A stretch of DNA of 63,909 bases, counting the filler, from Rozella allomycis CSF55 (Eukaryota), in NCBI GenBank assembly GCA_000442015.1. It is 8 parts of 8 records of this genome, joined end to end, with 100 filler letters (N's around TTAATTAATTAA, not from the genome) between each part and the next. Parts side by side here need not be neighbours in the genome. Positions count along the whole stretch, not along the records: positions 23,857 to 44,253 come from KE561097.1; 7 more parts are not named here. The stretch is one strand, 5' to 3'. A program made the position numbers and the translations under genes. The notes below the pieces were generated by a model. The model searched no databases. It worked only from the letters and a program-made list of their open reading frames with translations, and was not told where the DNA came from. Below, one piece after another: positions 23,757 through 36,859 of the stretch. Position 1 is the stretch's first letter. Each line of letters begins with the position of its first letter.

Positions 23757-23856
23757 NNNNNNNNNNNNNNNNNNNNNNNNNNNNNNNNNNNNNNNNNNNN
23801 TTAATTAATTAANNNNNNNNNNNNNNNNNNNNNNNNNNNNNNNNNNNNNNNNNNNN
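23757..23856. other. Artificial scaffold spacer N44-TTAATTAATTAA-N44; same spacer at 44254-44353, 48368-48467, 49781-49880, 50924-51023, 56508-56607, 62318-62417
   Basis: Identical 100-nt cassette with stop codons in all six frames, seven times. Confidence 0.97.
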
Positions 23857-23900
23857 TTAAGAAACAAACTTATTAAAGCTAAATTCATTAAGCCACAAAA

Positions 23901-24305
23901 ATGTCTGGAAAAGGAGGAAAAGCATCCGCGTCTCAAGGAAAGGCCGCAAAATCTCGTTCTACCAAGGCGGGCTTACAATTCCCAGTAGGAAGAGTTCACA
24001 GATTCTTAAGAAAAGGAAATTACGCACAAAGAGTCGGAGCGGGGGCACCAGTTTACCTCGCAGCAATATTGGAGTATTTGACAGCGGAAATCTTAGAACT
24101 TGCGGGAAATGCAGCCAGAGATAACAAAAAGACAAGAATTGTACCTCGTCATTTACAATTGGCTATAAGAAATGATGAGGAACTAAACAAATTGTTGGGT
24201 AATGTAACGATAGCTTCAGGTGGTGTTTTACCTAATATCAATGAAATGTTGGTTCCGAAAAAGAGCAAGAGTGATAAAAATGTTAGCCAATCCCAGGAAC
24301 TTTAA
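23901..24305 (+). CDS. HTA1: Histone H2A with C-terminal SQEL (H2A.X-type) motif
   Basis: [38 protein letters not shown]...; ends SQSQEL; intronless. Confidence 0.97.
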   Translation: MSGKGGKASASQGKAAKSRSTKAGLQFPVGRVHRFLRKGNYAQRVGAGAPVYLAAILEYLTAEILELAGNAARDNKKTRIVPRHLQLAIRNDEELNKLLGNVTIASGGVLPNINEMLVPKKSKSDKNVSQSQEL

Positions 24306-24359
24306 TAAAAAAGTCTGTTGTAATTTTTCTAAATTTAATTTATTGAATTTTCCGCTCAA

Positions 24360-26567
24360 ATGAGCTCTACGCACAGACAATTTAACACAAATGAAGAGGA
24401 CCATAAAACAGATTTAGAATCAGATGATAATTATTTTAACGATGTGGCAAGCATACTGTCAAAAGAAATGAGTGTCAAATATCGGCAAGAAGTAAAACTC
24501 CGTGATTAATTATTCTAGACCATAAATGAAACACATCCATTTGGAATTAGATTATGGAAACCCGCATTATATAAAAAGGAAAGAAGCATTGAGGCAGCCG
24601 CTGAAGAAGCTGTTCATTCAATCCCAGAGTCATCAAGGGAGAGCTATTTCTATCCAGGCAACATTGCATGGTTTATATTGTTCGGATGGTGGATGTCATT
24701 GCTTTATTTTACTAGCGGATTGATGCTAAAAACTCTTGGCCACAAATTCTCAAAATTGATGATTCAAATGGCTTGGTACATAATTTGGCCATTTGGGAAG
24801 TACATAGAAAAACAGCGAGAAGTAATTATTCATGATGACTTTTCATCATCTCCTGACAATGAGAATGAGGGGCTTAACCAACCCTTGTTAAGAGATGCTA
24901 TTGATCCTAGAACTTCAGGGTATTTCCATTATGGGCCTAGCTATTCGATGAGACTTTTGATATCTAGGCTCAAAAAGAGAGATTTTTTAATCTACTATTT
25001 CTTTTATTGTATTGTGATTGCCCCCATGCATCTGTTTGCCTCATTGTTATGTTGGTTCTTTGTTATATCTGTTCCCATGGCCAAAGTTAATGGAGTTTTA
25101 CTTAATCAGCTTCTTCGATCGCCCAATTCGATTCATGTAAAATCTGGCTCTAGCGTAATAACTGGTGAAATAGTTTTGTGCACATATAAAGCTGTTGGCT
25201 TTCGATATTACAAGTATACTTACGATGGAGTAAATATAATTCTTTTGAACTTGATGGCTGTTGTAATTTTCGCCTTGGTTGATGGAATGTTCATTGCGCC
25301 TTCAATAGGTCATACTGGTATTGGGAATCCTTTAATTGTCTTTTGTTTATGTATTGTATCAACTATTCCCTTGGCATATTTCATAGGCATGTCAGTTAGT
25401 TCAATATCTGCACAATCTAGTTTGGGAATGGCTGCTGTCATTAATGCAACCTTTGGCTCGATTGTTGAAATAATACTGTATTGTTTGGCCATTACGCAAG
25501 GAAAAGCTAAATTGGTTGAGGGTGCAATTACTGGTTCTTTTCTAGGTGCCTTACTCCTTTTACCAGGGCTTTCAATGATTACCGGGGGTATTAAAAAGAA
25601 GGAACAGAAATTTAATTCAAAGAGCGCAGTCGTTACCTCAACCCTTCTTTACATGGCTATTATAGGAGCGTTTACACCAACAGTATTTTATTCAATTTTT
25701 AACAAACCTAAATATAACATCACATGCGATTCATGTAATAACAGTGTTTGTCTTTCATGCGTTTACGAAAAGGCCAACAGCCTATTGGAAGATAAGTTTT
25801 TTCTTGAAAGCATCCGCCCATTAACTTACATCTGTTCGATAATTCTTGTGCTCGTATATTTAGTCGGACTTTGGTTCACGCTTAGAACTCACGTTACCCA
25901 AATTTATGAAAGGCGAAGCAGCGTCATATCTGCCAGAGATAGCACTTTCAGATTTCCAGGAAACCTAAATGAGAATAATCATTCTTCCCAAAATGTTTCG
26001 CCTGAGCCTGATCACCAGGGAAGTGGTCACGATGCCCCTGCTTGGTCAAAAATTAAATCGACCATTGTTCTTTTAGTGTCAACTGTGTTATTTTCTCTTT
26101 TAGCGGGTATGAAATTAAAAAATAATTGATTAGAACTGTTGGTAGATTCGGTAGATTCTGTTTTAAAAGGGGGAGTTTTAAGTGAACGCTTCATTGGGTT
26201 GACTCTTTTTGCCTTGGTTCCAAACGTAACTGAATTCATCAATGCCCTCGCATTTGCTCTTAACAATAATATTTCACTATCTCTTGAAATTGGCTCAGCA
26301 TATACTTTACAGGTCGCTTTGTTGCAAGTTCCAGCCTTAGTAGCATTTTCAGCCTTTTATAACAGACATGAATTCATAGATCTCGGTCACTTTTTTACTC
26401 TTTTATTTCCATTATGGGATGTTCTTGCGGTGCTAATGAGCATTTTCATGCTGACGTACGTCTATAACGAAGGAAGAACCAATTATTTCAAGGGAACCGT
26501 CCTTTCCTTTGCATACGTTGTTCTGGTTGTTTCATTTGCATTTGTTCCCAAAGATTACTTTAAATAA
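24360..26567 (+). CDS. VNX1: Vnx1-like vacuolar cation/H+ exchanger (CaCA family)
   Basis: GNIAWFILFGWW (YccF-like), YYKYTYDGVNII, AVINATFGSIVEIILY, GLTLFALVPNVTEFINA, EIGSAYTLQVALLQVP; introns about 24492-24519 and 26108-26133. Confidence 0.88.
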
Positions 26568-26608
26568 ATAATTTAGACTTCAATGGTAAACAAATAAACA
26601 GACCACCC

Positions 26609-27495
26609 ATGCAGCCTATTACACCCCAAATTCGTGAATTAACAGAGGAAGAATTAAGAGATATGTTTGCTTGGGTTGATAGCTTTCCTTTATCTCGCCA
26701 AAAACGTAATTTTACGAGAGACTTCTCAGATGGTGGTAAGTTATGCATTAATTACCATTTATCAGTTATGTTTGCTGAAATACTAAAGATTTTGATTCCG
26801 AAATATGTCGAATTACATAACTATCCTCCATCAAATTCGCATCAGCAAAAAGTAGTCAACTGGAATACCCTAAATCGTAAAACAACCGAATTTACTACAA
26901 AAGATTAGATAAAGTATTGAAAAAAATAGGCATTTATCTCCCTGATGATTACATTCAAGCTATTGCAGGTTGTCAGCCAGGTATCGTGGAGTGTATACTT
27001 TTCGATCTGCGAAAGATTGTAATCAATGAATCAACTAATCAAAGTTACAAGAATCACAAAGTTCACTTTCAAATAAAAAGGACACAGTAGGGTATGGCTC
27101 TCAACGAGACCAGATAAAGCAATCCGCTCCAATCCCGATTCACAAAAAAGGTCCAAAGCTGAATCTTTCAAAACCATTAATTAACAGATTTCAATCTGTA
27201 ATGGAAACACCACTTTCGAACGAAAAAGAGATCAATATGGAAGAAGGATACAATTCACAAGTTCTGATTCAAGGTACGCTGAGTGTGTTTAGTATATCTT
27301 AAGATAAAGAATCTAAGTTTTCTCTAAATCCAGCTGTTACAGAAGAAGAAAAGGATCAAATTATACTAGAATTGCAAGAAACAGTTGAAGTAAAATTCCT
27401 TTCAAATATCGATTTAGATCCTCCAAATCAAAATCGCCAAGTTAGAACAACTAGTCGTATTAAAAGACAAAATGATAGAAGAATTAAAACAATAA
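26609..27495 (+). CDS. SPEF1: Sperm flagellar protein 1 (CH-like domain plus C-terminal coiled coil), multi-exon
   Basis: WVDSFPLSRQKRNFTRDFSDG, VELHNYPPSNS..QK..NWNTLN; C-terminal KDQIILELQETVEILQIKIAKLEQLVVLKD. Confidence 0.9.
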
Positions 27496-27540
27496 AAGTT
27501 GACCTTTAATACAAACAAAATTGGTTTATTGTTGCCATTA

Positions 27541-28457
27541 TCATGACCTCAATAATGCGTTACTACTTTCATAAACTCCAAAAAATATAAAACCGCCTAG
27601 AGAAATCCAACAAGTTCTAGGTAGTGCGCCCTTGAAAAGAATTGCAAGACCTTCATGGCGCAGGACATGCTTGAATCCAAATATGGCACCTTTTTTTCTA
27701 AGATACGAGTCTTTCGATGATAACATTATTCTTGTTTTAATGACATCAAATGGCGTAGTCACAAAAGCCGACAGACCACCTTAAATAACAACTGGCTTTA
27801 TATTACCCGCGATGCTCCCATAAAGAGCATATCTTTCAGTATTGCGTAAATTTATACCATTATCTAGGCTCTTTTTACAACATTTATGTCAGTTACCTTT
27901 AGAAATTCATAAATCGCGAACTGAATGCATGTGAACGGTATCCGCAAAAAAAAGAAAAGAACTAATTACCTCCCTAAATATTGTTGAAAGATATCCTGCA
28001 TATAAGCCTGAGATCCCTTCATGTCTAATTAAAGTTTTCAATACACTTAGGTTATTTGGGGACATACCAACTTGCGTTCTTTGTTTCAAAATATCAATTG
28101 GCACTCTTATAAGACAAGCGGACTAGGAAATCAATAATATATGATTACTAGCTCTCCTATACAACCAGCAATTACAGGGATGAGGAATTCATTAATTCGA
28201 TGTTCCAAAACATGTTTTGTAGTTTCATAAGTGATAAAAAATAGGGAGGCTATAATTCTAACAATAAAAGACTTACTTGATGGAAATGCTGCCACTGTTG
28301 CAGACACTCCAGAGTATACACCCTTAAATCCTCCAGACTGTTTAAATCCACTTTCACATTGCACTCTGGTTTTAATTGTATCAAGTGGATAAAGTGCTAG
28401 CTCAACAGAGAGTCCTGCAAGTCCACCTGAAAAAAGGGCTTGGAAAAAGTTCGGCAT
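27541..28457 (-). CDS. Mitochondrial carrier, S-adenosylmethionine transporter (Sam5/SLC25A26-like)
   Basis: Three Px[DE]xx[KR] motifs (YPLDTIKTR, PIDILKQR, TPFDVIKTR); GGFKGVYSG, WISLGGFIFFGVYE; several introns. Confidence 0.88.
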
Positions 28458-28517
28458 TACAAAATTCAAAAAAACTTATCATTAAAAATAAATAGTAATA
28501 ATCGATTTAATATTATG

Positions 28518-29699
28518 TTAAAAGTCAAGGAAAAGATGCTGAAAAGGATCCACTTGTGGACCCACTTGAGGTTCAATGGCTTCTTCCGGATACGTATCAA
28601 AGTTACATGTATCACCAGGATGTCGTGCCATTGGAATAATCGGAGCCTTTTAAAAATATGGAAAGAGATTACTGGTATTTGCTTATCAAAAAGCATTTGC
28701 CAATCAACTCCTCTAAACCATTTGTGCTTTTTGACATCTTCAGAACCACCCTATATTTCCGTAATTCAATCGTATACTTTAAGATTTCCAAGACGCTTTG
28801 TTCGATCACCAACTAGAAGCCTTTTGATCAGATCTTTTGCCTCTGCATCAATGTGAGTTGGAAAAGTTATTTTGCCCGCCAAAATTTTCTCATAAATACC
28901 GAAAGGATTGTCATCAAAAAAGGGCGGATAACCAGACAGCATTTCAAAAGCCAATATCCCTAATGCCCACCAATCGACAGCTTTTCCGTGACCCTTAGAT
29001 TGAATTATTTCAGGCGCCAAGTATTCAGGGGTCCCACAAAGAGTCCATGTGCGATCTTCGACAATCTTTGCAAAACCAAAATCTTGTATAGTCTAATTTA
29101 AGACCTCTACCTGTAATTTTAACATGGCCCCGCGAATCTAATAGTAAGTTCTCAGGTTTCAAATCTCTATATACTACGTTTTTAGAATGAAGGAATTCTA
29201 TAGCTAATAGTATTTCAGAAATATAAAATTTCGTGACATCATTTGAAAATCGCCCCGCTCTGTTAATGAAAAATTGTGACATTACCTTCGAAGATGAGAA
29301 AACAGTTCGCCACCCAATACATACTCCATTAACATGTACAAATTTCGGGTGTTTTGAAATGTACAGAATCTTGATAAATAGATAAGACATATCTTTACAG
29401 ATTAACCACAAATGGGTGATTTACAAGGGATAAAATATTTCTTTCGTTATTTACATGTTCAACTTGCTTCAATCTCACTATTTCAGATTTCTTCAAAACT
29501 TTCATTGCAAAAAATCGATCGGGATTCGCGAGTTTGCATAAATACACCCGGCCAAACGTCCCCGTCCCTATAAAAATTATTACAAGTAAATACCAATAGT
29601 TTTTAGTAAAATAAAGTCTGATAAACGATGTTGATTCTGGTGCGGGGGATCGTATTTTGGAGGTTTCGCACTGCTAGGAATAGGGGAAATTTCCTCCAT
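28518..29699 (-). CDS. cAMP-dependent protein kinase catalytic subunit (PKA-C/PRKX-like)
   Basis: [67 protein letters not shown]; multiple about 28-nt introns; start uncertain. Confidence 0.93.
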
Positions 29700-29768
29700 G
29701 ATGTGGCTAGGTGTCTCTGTAGCTAAGGCGCTACAGATTCACGGAACAAGTCTCGCAGTGCTCGTTAA

Positions 29769-30370
29769 ATCGGACGGGGAGTTTATAATTATCAATAAAT
29801 TTTTTCACACAAAACAACTGTTTTCTGTCTAATCATTTTTTTACATTAGCGTTAATCGCCTAAAATAGAATCTATCTATCTATATTCAAAACATTCAGGA
29901 ATTCATTTTACCGGTTTCTTTTATCGCCTGTGACCTTCATTTACCGTTTTCCAGTTTCCTCCTGCGAATCCCGAATCTCCATTTATCTTGTTCTAATAAA
30001 AACATTTATCTTTAAATTAATATAATAATAATTATACAATTGTATACTTTTAAAGATTTGCTACACTATGCTGTCTATGGGACTCAAAAGTTCAAAACTA
30101 AGTGTAACAAGCGACTTTAATGTCTCTAAAACGCTAATAAAGTAGATAAAAGAACAATTTATTAATTTAATTTTATTTATATGTAATTAGACACATATGG
30201 ACGATATTAATGAGCAATCCAACATACCGCTTCCAAAACTTCCGCCATCTATATCTCAACAACTACCTTTACTAAAGGGGCTGAAAATAAATATTACTTT
30301 ATATATTGCATGTTCTGAGTTCAAAGACCAAATTTGGGAGAAAACGGAAGCAAAAAATGGTTACAGACAC

Positions 30371-30401
<31 letters not shown>

Positions 30402-30532
30402 CACCACTCGACAACCACCCTGGTTCACGGTGTAAAACCCTTAAAGTGAGTGTATATTCGAAGTGAAAATGGCATTAACTCAACTTGCCAATAATCGTTT
30501 CTGAAGTCCGGGTCGTAAACTCCCCGTCCGAT
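29769..30532. mobile_element. Putative non-autonomous DNA transposon/MITE with 17-bp terminal inverted repeats
   Basis: ATCGGACGGGGAGTTTA at 29769-29785 and its exact reverse complement at 30516-30532; non-coding interior; no clear TSD. Confidence 0.5.
30367..30403. repeat. (AC)n microsatellite
   Basis: Direct dinucleotide run. Confidence 0.95.
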
Positions 30533-30737
30533 AAATTAGTCAGAGTATATATATTTGATATCGTTGTCTCTATATTCCGCGATTTGAGAGATTATTCGTC
30601 CCCGATGATGCGTTTAAATTTGAGCATTGATTTATTAGAGCATATCATTAGGTTTACATTATACTAAACGCTTGTTTTCGATATCTATTCTTCATTTTCA
30701 ACGACAAATAGCGAAAATATTTTTGGAAAAATACAAA

Positions 30738-33008
30738 ATGAAACCTTTCAAGATAAATGCCCCGATGAAATTCCCAGTCCCAAAATTAAAAAGGATAGAC
30801 ACACAAATATCTGACAGATTTTCCAAGACAGAAGTTTCAGTATTACCAGTGGTGAAACCTGTAGAATCTGCAGATGTGGTTTTCGTGATTTCAGTTTATA
30901 AGGATCATATTTCTTTGCAAAACCAAGTAATAAAATTTAATTTCTGGGAAAGGAAATATCAATACCTATGCATCCATCTATCCAAGTAAGAACGATATAC
31001 ATTCTTTCAATTAGAAACTTATTTTTTGCATTGAACATAATATATTACCGATTGAATTGGAAAGTTTATTAGTAGATAGTGATGTGCAATTTGTAGACGG
31101 AGGAATTTGGATCGAATTGTATGACTACCGCGCGAATACTGTGAGTCCGTTTAGTAGACGAGTCTTTTTGAAATCATCTGGAATGAATTTATACCAAGAA
31201 TTATCTTCATTATCAGAGACAGATTTATCATATGATGATTTAATAGCCTGCGAGTCTAAAATTCTCGTAAAAAATAAGTCGAAATTTGATGAAAGTTAGC
31301 AAAGCACCAAGTTTTGGCATTAGAACCAGATGATTCCATTATGATGTATTTTAACCAATTTTGCTACAAAAAACATTTAATGTCTACTTTGAAGGATTCA
31401 AGGGAAAACGACTGGAAGCCTCATAAAAAAGAGCCTATCAGTAACCCGAACAATTTTGATACAGTAACCGAATGTGTCATGCCAAAGTAGACAAAACCTC
31501 AGGAACCATTCATGCCTAGATTTAAACAGCTTCAAGCCATTGAAGATTATAAGAGACAAAAGAGTTTGCTTGATGCCGATATAAGCGTTGGACTTGATAA
31601 AAAAGGTAATTTACAGGGGTCTGTTATCAAGCCAAGGTCGCAAGCCGGGGCCATTCATATCAACATTTGTCGGTGATGATAAAAAAGTTGTAAGGACAGT
31701 GAGGTTTGAGAAAGAAATGGAGGATGGTAAATTGATAGGATAGTTATTAAAGGTAACAAAGAATACACATGTATGAATGTGTATGCAAATGAACAGAAAG
31801 AATTCCAAGCTGTTATTAGGGTAGGAACAGAGCCAGACTCTTCAATAAATGGATTCATTAGAAAGTACAATAAAAACCGTCAAATAACACAGGGGCCCAG
31901 TTTGTGATGCTCATACCATGGAAATATACGTTCAAACGTTCAAAGTATTAATATCAGCCTTTGAGAGCAACGCAAAGTTAGTTAGCGATATGACAACAGG
32001 AGTTTTAGGAAACTCATCACTAGCAAGGCATTCAAGTAAGATTAATCCTATAAAGTCAAATGATAACATGCCGAAACCGAATTATCCCTCTTTGCAACAA
32101 CAGTCTGCCCAGAATATTCAAGCTCAAGCAACTAACAAGGCGATCCAAGCGGTAAATTTTATCCGACCCTGTTAGAAAAGGCGATGACGGGTATAATAAA
32201 TTCAAACAGACCAGCCAGTCAACCGGTGAGGCCAGCCACTTCATTTCAACGCCCAAATTTAAATTTTGGCGCTCCTTTAATCAGAGCGAATTCAAATGGT
32301 TCTTTCGTCCCAGCTGCTAATCAGTACCAAATCTTAATGATGCAAAAGCAACAGCAACAAAGAATGCAACAACAATCTCAAATGGCCAATAATGGAAATG
32401 CGTATGAAGAAAATGTTTTGAATTCACTTCTAAATGGAGGGCCTACGATCTCTCAGCCACAGCCTCAAACCAGGACCCTTCAACATTCCAAGACTGAGGA
32501 ACCAGATCCTGATGCGATTCTTGCATCTTTACTTGGAGGGTCGGTTCAAAATGACCCACCAAAACAGTCTACTCCATTAATGGTACCACCTGGACAGACG
32601 TCGATAGCCAGCACACCTGACATGTATCAACAGTTAATGAAGCAAAGATATTTACAACAAATGCAGCAACAAGCCATTCTACAACAACAGCAAGCCATTC
32701 AAATGCAACAACAAATGGCTGCTCAATCTTTACCAATGAACGCTGGTCAGCAAATCCGTTCTCCTGCTTTCGCAATGTCACCAAATATGCTTCAAGGAAT
32801 GTCTGCTTTACAATCAAATTCTCCCCTCATGGTAAACCCAAATCTCAACATGGTCCCTCAAAAGAAAAAATCAAGCAACCCTTCAACCCCTTCTGCTAAA
32901 AGAGTTCGCGAAGACATGAACGATTCAAACTTTAAGTTCTTTCAAGATTTTTATCGGTCCATGCAGAATGGCTCCGCCTATTATAATCCCACAAAAAAGC
33001 ATCAATAA
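30738..33008 (+). CDS. SPT20: SAGA subunit Spt20-like protein with Gln-rich C-terminus, multi-exon
   Basis: ILPIELESLL..DVQFVDGGIWIELYDYR...RRVFLK...ESKIL..LALEP resembles the Spt20 SEP domain; poly-Q tail. Confidence 0.7.
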
Positions 33009-33069
33009 ATAGACCATTTTTATGTCAAAGTTTACTTACCACTTCTTTATTCAACAAATAGAATTATTT

Positions 33070-33793
33070 ATGTTTTACCTACCATCAAGGCTTAGCAGAA
33101 TGCAGAAAAGCAAAAGACTAAAATTAAGGAAAAAGGAGCCTCACGAAAAAAAAGATAATCTAAATTTAGATTGTTTTAATTCTTCTATAGTACGAGGATC
33201 ATTATGGTTATGCCACGAAAAGAGAAAGTTTTTTGAAATGCTGCCCCGCTGTAGATCAGATTATGAAACGATATCCAACGCTATAAAAACTAAAAGTCAT
33301 CTTGAAGTCATTTTGTATGCAAATGAACTACATCTAAACTCCATGAAATTCCCAGCCCCAAAGTGGGTCTTCTCAGAAGCAAAAGAAGTACCCGAATGGT
33401 TAGAAAAAATAAAATACCAAAGATCATTAAAAACAATAAAAAAAGAGACAGAAATATTTTTTAAAAAGAAGATTCCTAGTGATCTAGCAAGGTCATCGTC
33501 TTTAATTCATAATCAACTTGTTAATTATGAAGGCTTAATTCACGAGAGTATGAAGAAAATTGAACAAAGCTGTTCAATTTGCCTTCAGTTATCCCCAGAT
33601 GATCCAAAGTTGACAGACATTACAAAGTTGGTTTTGAACTACGCCCTCAGGATTGCTATTGTAGAAATAGTCGATGAATTTTGCAGTTTTTCAAATATGT
33701 CAACTGACATTGTCAAAGTAACATCACAATTTATAGCTTGACTAGAATATGTCAGATCGCTACCGGAATTACAAAAAGAGGCAAATGACATAA
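33070..33793 (+). CDS. Hypothetical protein
   Basis: 239-aa ORF in AT-rich DNA with likely 3' intron about 33718-33745; no recognised motif; ends approximate. Confidence 0.5.
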
Positions 33794-33875
33794 TGAATTA
33801 CTGAATAAACATTTTTGCAGGGCATCACCAAGTGTTATTCAGTTGATGTCAACATATTTTTAATTTCCGAACTTT

Positions 33876-35101
33876 ATGAATCCAATGTTATTATTTTTCT
33901 TACTTCTTCAGCCCTTATTAGCAGCAGATCTTATAACATATTTTGGAAACAATGCTATCCAGCAACAAAATTTGGATGCGAAATATTGGGAGCCAAACCT
34001 CCTGACATTGTGCAAAATCCCTAATTATTCCAATACAATACATATATATGGAGTGACAGCATTCTTTGGAGCAAATAATTATCTGGGCATGGACTTGAGC
34101 ATTCACTGTTCATCGCCATATCCTGGTTTTACGAAACCGGCCAGCGGCTATACATTGTTAAAATGCCCAGATATCGAAAATGATATTAAGCAATGTCAAA
34201 GTTTAGGGAAAAAGATCATAATATCTGTAGGTAACTATCCCTCAACATTTTGATAAAGTTAATCTTGGTAGTACAACATCGATGAAAAATGAACAGGATG
34301 GAGAAAATGTGGCAAACATGATATGGAATTCATTTTTAGGTGGATCCGGAAACAGACCTTTCGGATCTGCAATTTTAGACGGGGTTGACTTGTGGAATAG
34401 AGACAATCAAAAAATCGGTTATTTGTCGTTGGTTAATAAATTACGCGCTCTAATGAATGCTGACAGTTCAAGAAAATATTTGTTAACGGGTAAAAGCTTT
34501 TGATGATCCTTATAAAGCATCTGCTCGTTGTTCATATCCCGAGCCAACCTTTGGACCACAAGTTGCAGGTTTGCCTTTTACTGAAGTACCTAAAAGTTTT
34601 GATTATATATCATTTCATGCAATGTCCACACCCGAATGCACATTTCAGAACAAGGATCTATTTTATCAAACGTTTGAAAAATGGTCCGATTGGGCTCATC
34701 CATTAGGCATTCCTATTTATGTTGGGCTACCTGCAAGCATTTCTAATGGGGCACCAGGGGATTACATTACAGTAGGGAATTTAGGGAGTGCGCTATCAAG
34801 ACTTTCAAATTTAACATCATTTAGTGGAATAACTTTATGGGAATTTTCCGCGGATTACCAAAATCTACCTTGTTCAAATACTAAAGAATTAAGTTATGGC
34901 CAAATAATATATCAAATGATGTCCGAGAAGAAATACACCATAACATGTACAGAGGTCGAAACTACCAATACCAGAAGTAAGCCCAGGTCCACAACAAATT
35001 CTGGAAACGGCATACCTTCTTCTGCATTGGAAACTAGTCGTTTTTCTTATTCAATATCAGAACTAGCCTTTTCCTTTTTTATTGTTGCTTTTCTAAAATA
35101 A
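33876..35101 (+). CDS. Secreted/GPI-anchored GH18 class III chitinase-like protein lacking catalytic residues
   Basis: Signal peptide, ITYFGNN, CPDIENDIKQCQSLGKKIIIS, IWNSFLGG...RPFGSAILDGVDL, IYVGLPAS, FSGITLWE; Ser/Thr tail and hydrophobic C-terminus; 2 introns. Confidence 0.85.
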
Positions 35102-35585
35102 AAATCTCGGATTTAGTCTAATTTTAATTTAACGATTAAAATAAAAGCAATTGATTTAATTGTTTTTCCAAAGGAGCCAAAACTTGCAAGTGTGCAAATG
35201 ACCCTTGTCAATTCAAACTGACCATTCAGGAAAATAACCTCGGAATGGACGCAGGTCCTGCAGGAAACAATCATTGCAAACTCTCCTTCTTGGAAGTTTA
35301 ACCCTAAGTGTTACAAATTTTGACGAGGTTTTCTTTTCTTCCTTCTAAAAAGAGAAAGACGTGCGAAGATTGCTGACCAACATTCGGTGAAATAGAATTT
35401 GTGGTAACACAAAAAAGGTACGCCTTGCTCTATTTTGTTAATACCAATGGGTCAGTCCTGTATACGAGGTTTTCCGCGGATTTTCTTAAACTACATGTAG
35501 AATAATCAAGATTTAAGATTTTCAGATAAAAGTTTATTTGAACTAGCTTTGTATAACATAAAAGTAAATTTTCCAAGCGTCAGTC

Positions 35586-36475
35586 ATGTCTTCAACTTTT
35601 GAAAAAGTAAACTAGGTGGTTACAATTTAGAAGGTTCAGCAAACATTTGAAGAAGGTGTTGATAAACTTGCAACTTCGGTTGAAAAGGCTGTATCCGCTG
35701 GGATCGAGCTAGGTAAAAAAGGAGGTAATTAAATTTGCAAAGTCAACAATTGGTGCTAACCCAATCCAGCCACCAGAAGCGACTAGCATGAGTGAAAAGG
35801 CAGGGCACCACATGGGTTACGCAGCTGGGACGACAAGTGAATTAGGTTCCGAAAGCTCTCAAAAAGCAATGAATATGGCGAACAAAGCAGGAGAGACGCT
35901 AAAAGATGTCCAAAACAAGGCCTCTGAAATTGGTCAATCGGCGAAAGAGAAAGCACAACATAGTGCTGATATGACAAAAGAAACCTTACATCAAACGCAA
36001 GACACGCTGCAACAAAGTGCGCATGATATGAAAGCTGGGGCCAACGTTGGATATTCTCAAGGAAAGGAAGAAACAGCAGAAGTTACATCTTCTCTAGGCA
36101 AGAAAATGGCAGAAGCTAGTAATTTTTAAATTATGAATTATAAAAGTGGGCAATGTGAAAGAAACTGTTTTGTCTGTCTTCCCCGGCCATCACCCATCTG
36201 CGGAACACTCGCCAACTTTTGATCCTCACATCAAGAGACAGCAAGAAATACATCCTTCAGTTTCAAGCATTCATGAGAGTTATGAAAGCGGGAAAGAGGC
36301 TGTGAAAGAGAAGGTTAGTCCATCACCAAGCACAACAGCCAGCTTCCATGCCGGAGAAGCGAAAGCAAAAGCTGAAAACAGAGACCCTGGAGTTTGTAAA
36401 TATGTTAAAGTTTAATGACAAGTTGAAAAGATCAAACAAAGTGTGTCATCAATTATCCCTCATCGAGAGGAATAA
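35586..36475 (+). CDS. LEA/hydrophilin-like protein, multi-exon
   Basis: Hydrophilic helical repeats (NKAGETLKDVQNKASEIGQSAKEKAQHSADMTKET); exons joined by 24-30 nt introns. Confidence 0.6.
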
Positions 36476-36739
36476 AGAATAAATAATTTGTTATCATTTT
36501 TAAGTATTTGTTGGTTTTTTTATAAAAAAATTAAGACAATTTATCTAGTCACTAAATTGTTCTTGAAACTTCAATGAGGATGAGGATCTATTCCTGCCTA
36601 CTAGGCTTCCATGTGCTCAAAGGTCCACACCAAAAACGTAAGATAATTTACGCCTTCAGTTCAAATTATAATCATAATAACAGTCTATTTGTGCGTTGCG
36701 TACATGGAATATAGAAATGTCTGCATTACATTTCTTAAG

Positions 36740-36821
36740 GGTGAGATGGCCGAGCGGTCTAAGGCGTGTGACTCAAGTTCTCATATCTCCGGATGCGTGG
36801 GTTCAAATCCCACTCTCACTA
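36740..36821 (+). tRNA. tRNA-Leu(CAA)
   Basis: GGTGAGA-TGGCCGAGCGGTCTAAGGC, anticodon loop CTCAAGT, long variable arm, GTGGGTTCAAATCCCAC, TCTCACTA, TTTT. Confidence 0.93.
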
Positions 36822-36859
36822 CTTTTGCAAAATTTTTACCACATTGCAAAATTTCCGAC

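Noticed and set aside
23757-23856. Palindromic TTAATTAATTAA motif recurring seven times
   Set aside because: Always centred in identical N padding; artificial scaffold linker, not biology
35195-35345. Possible minus-strand exon (KFVTLRVKLPRRRVCNDCFLQD)
   Set aside because: No convincing upstream exon or family match
36689-36859. N-terminal extension of ORF 36689-37117 through the tRNA-Leu
   Set aside because: Non-ATG start and chance open frame; RGS homology starts at ATG 36860
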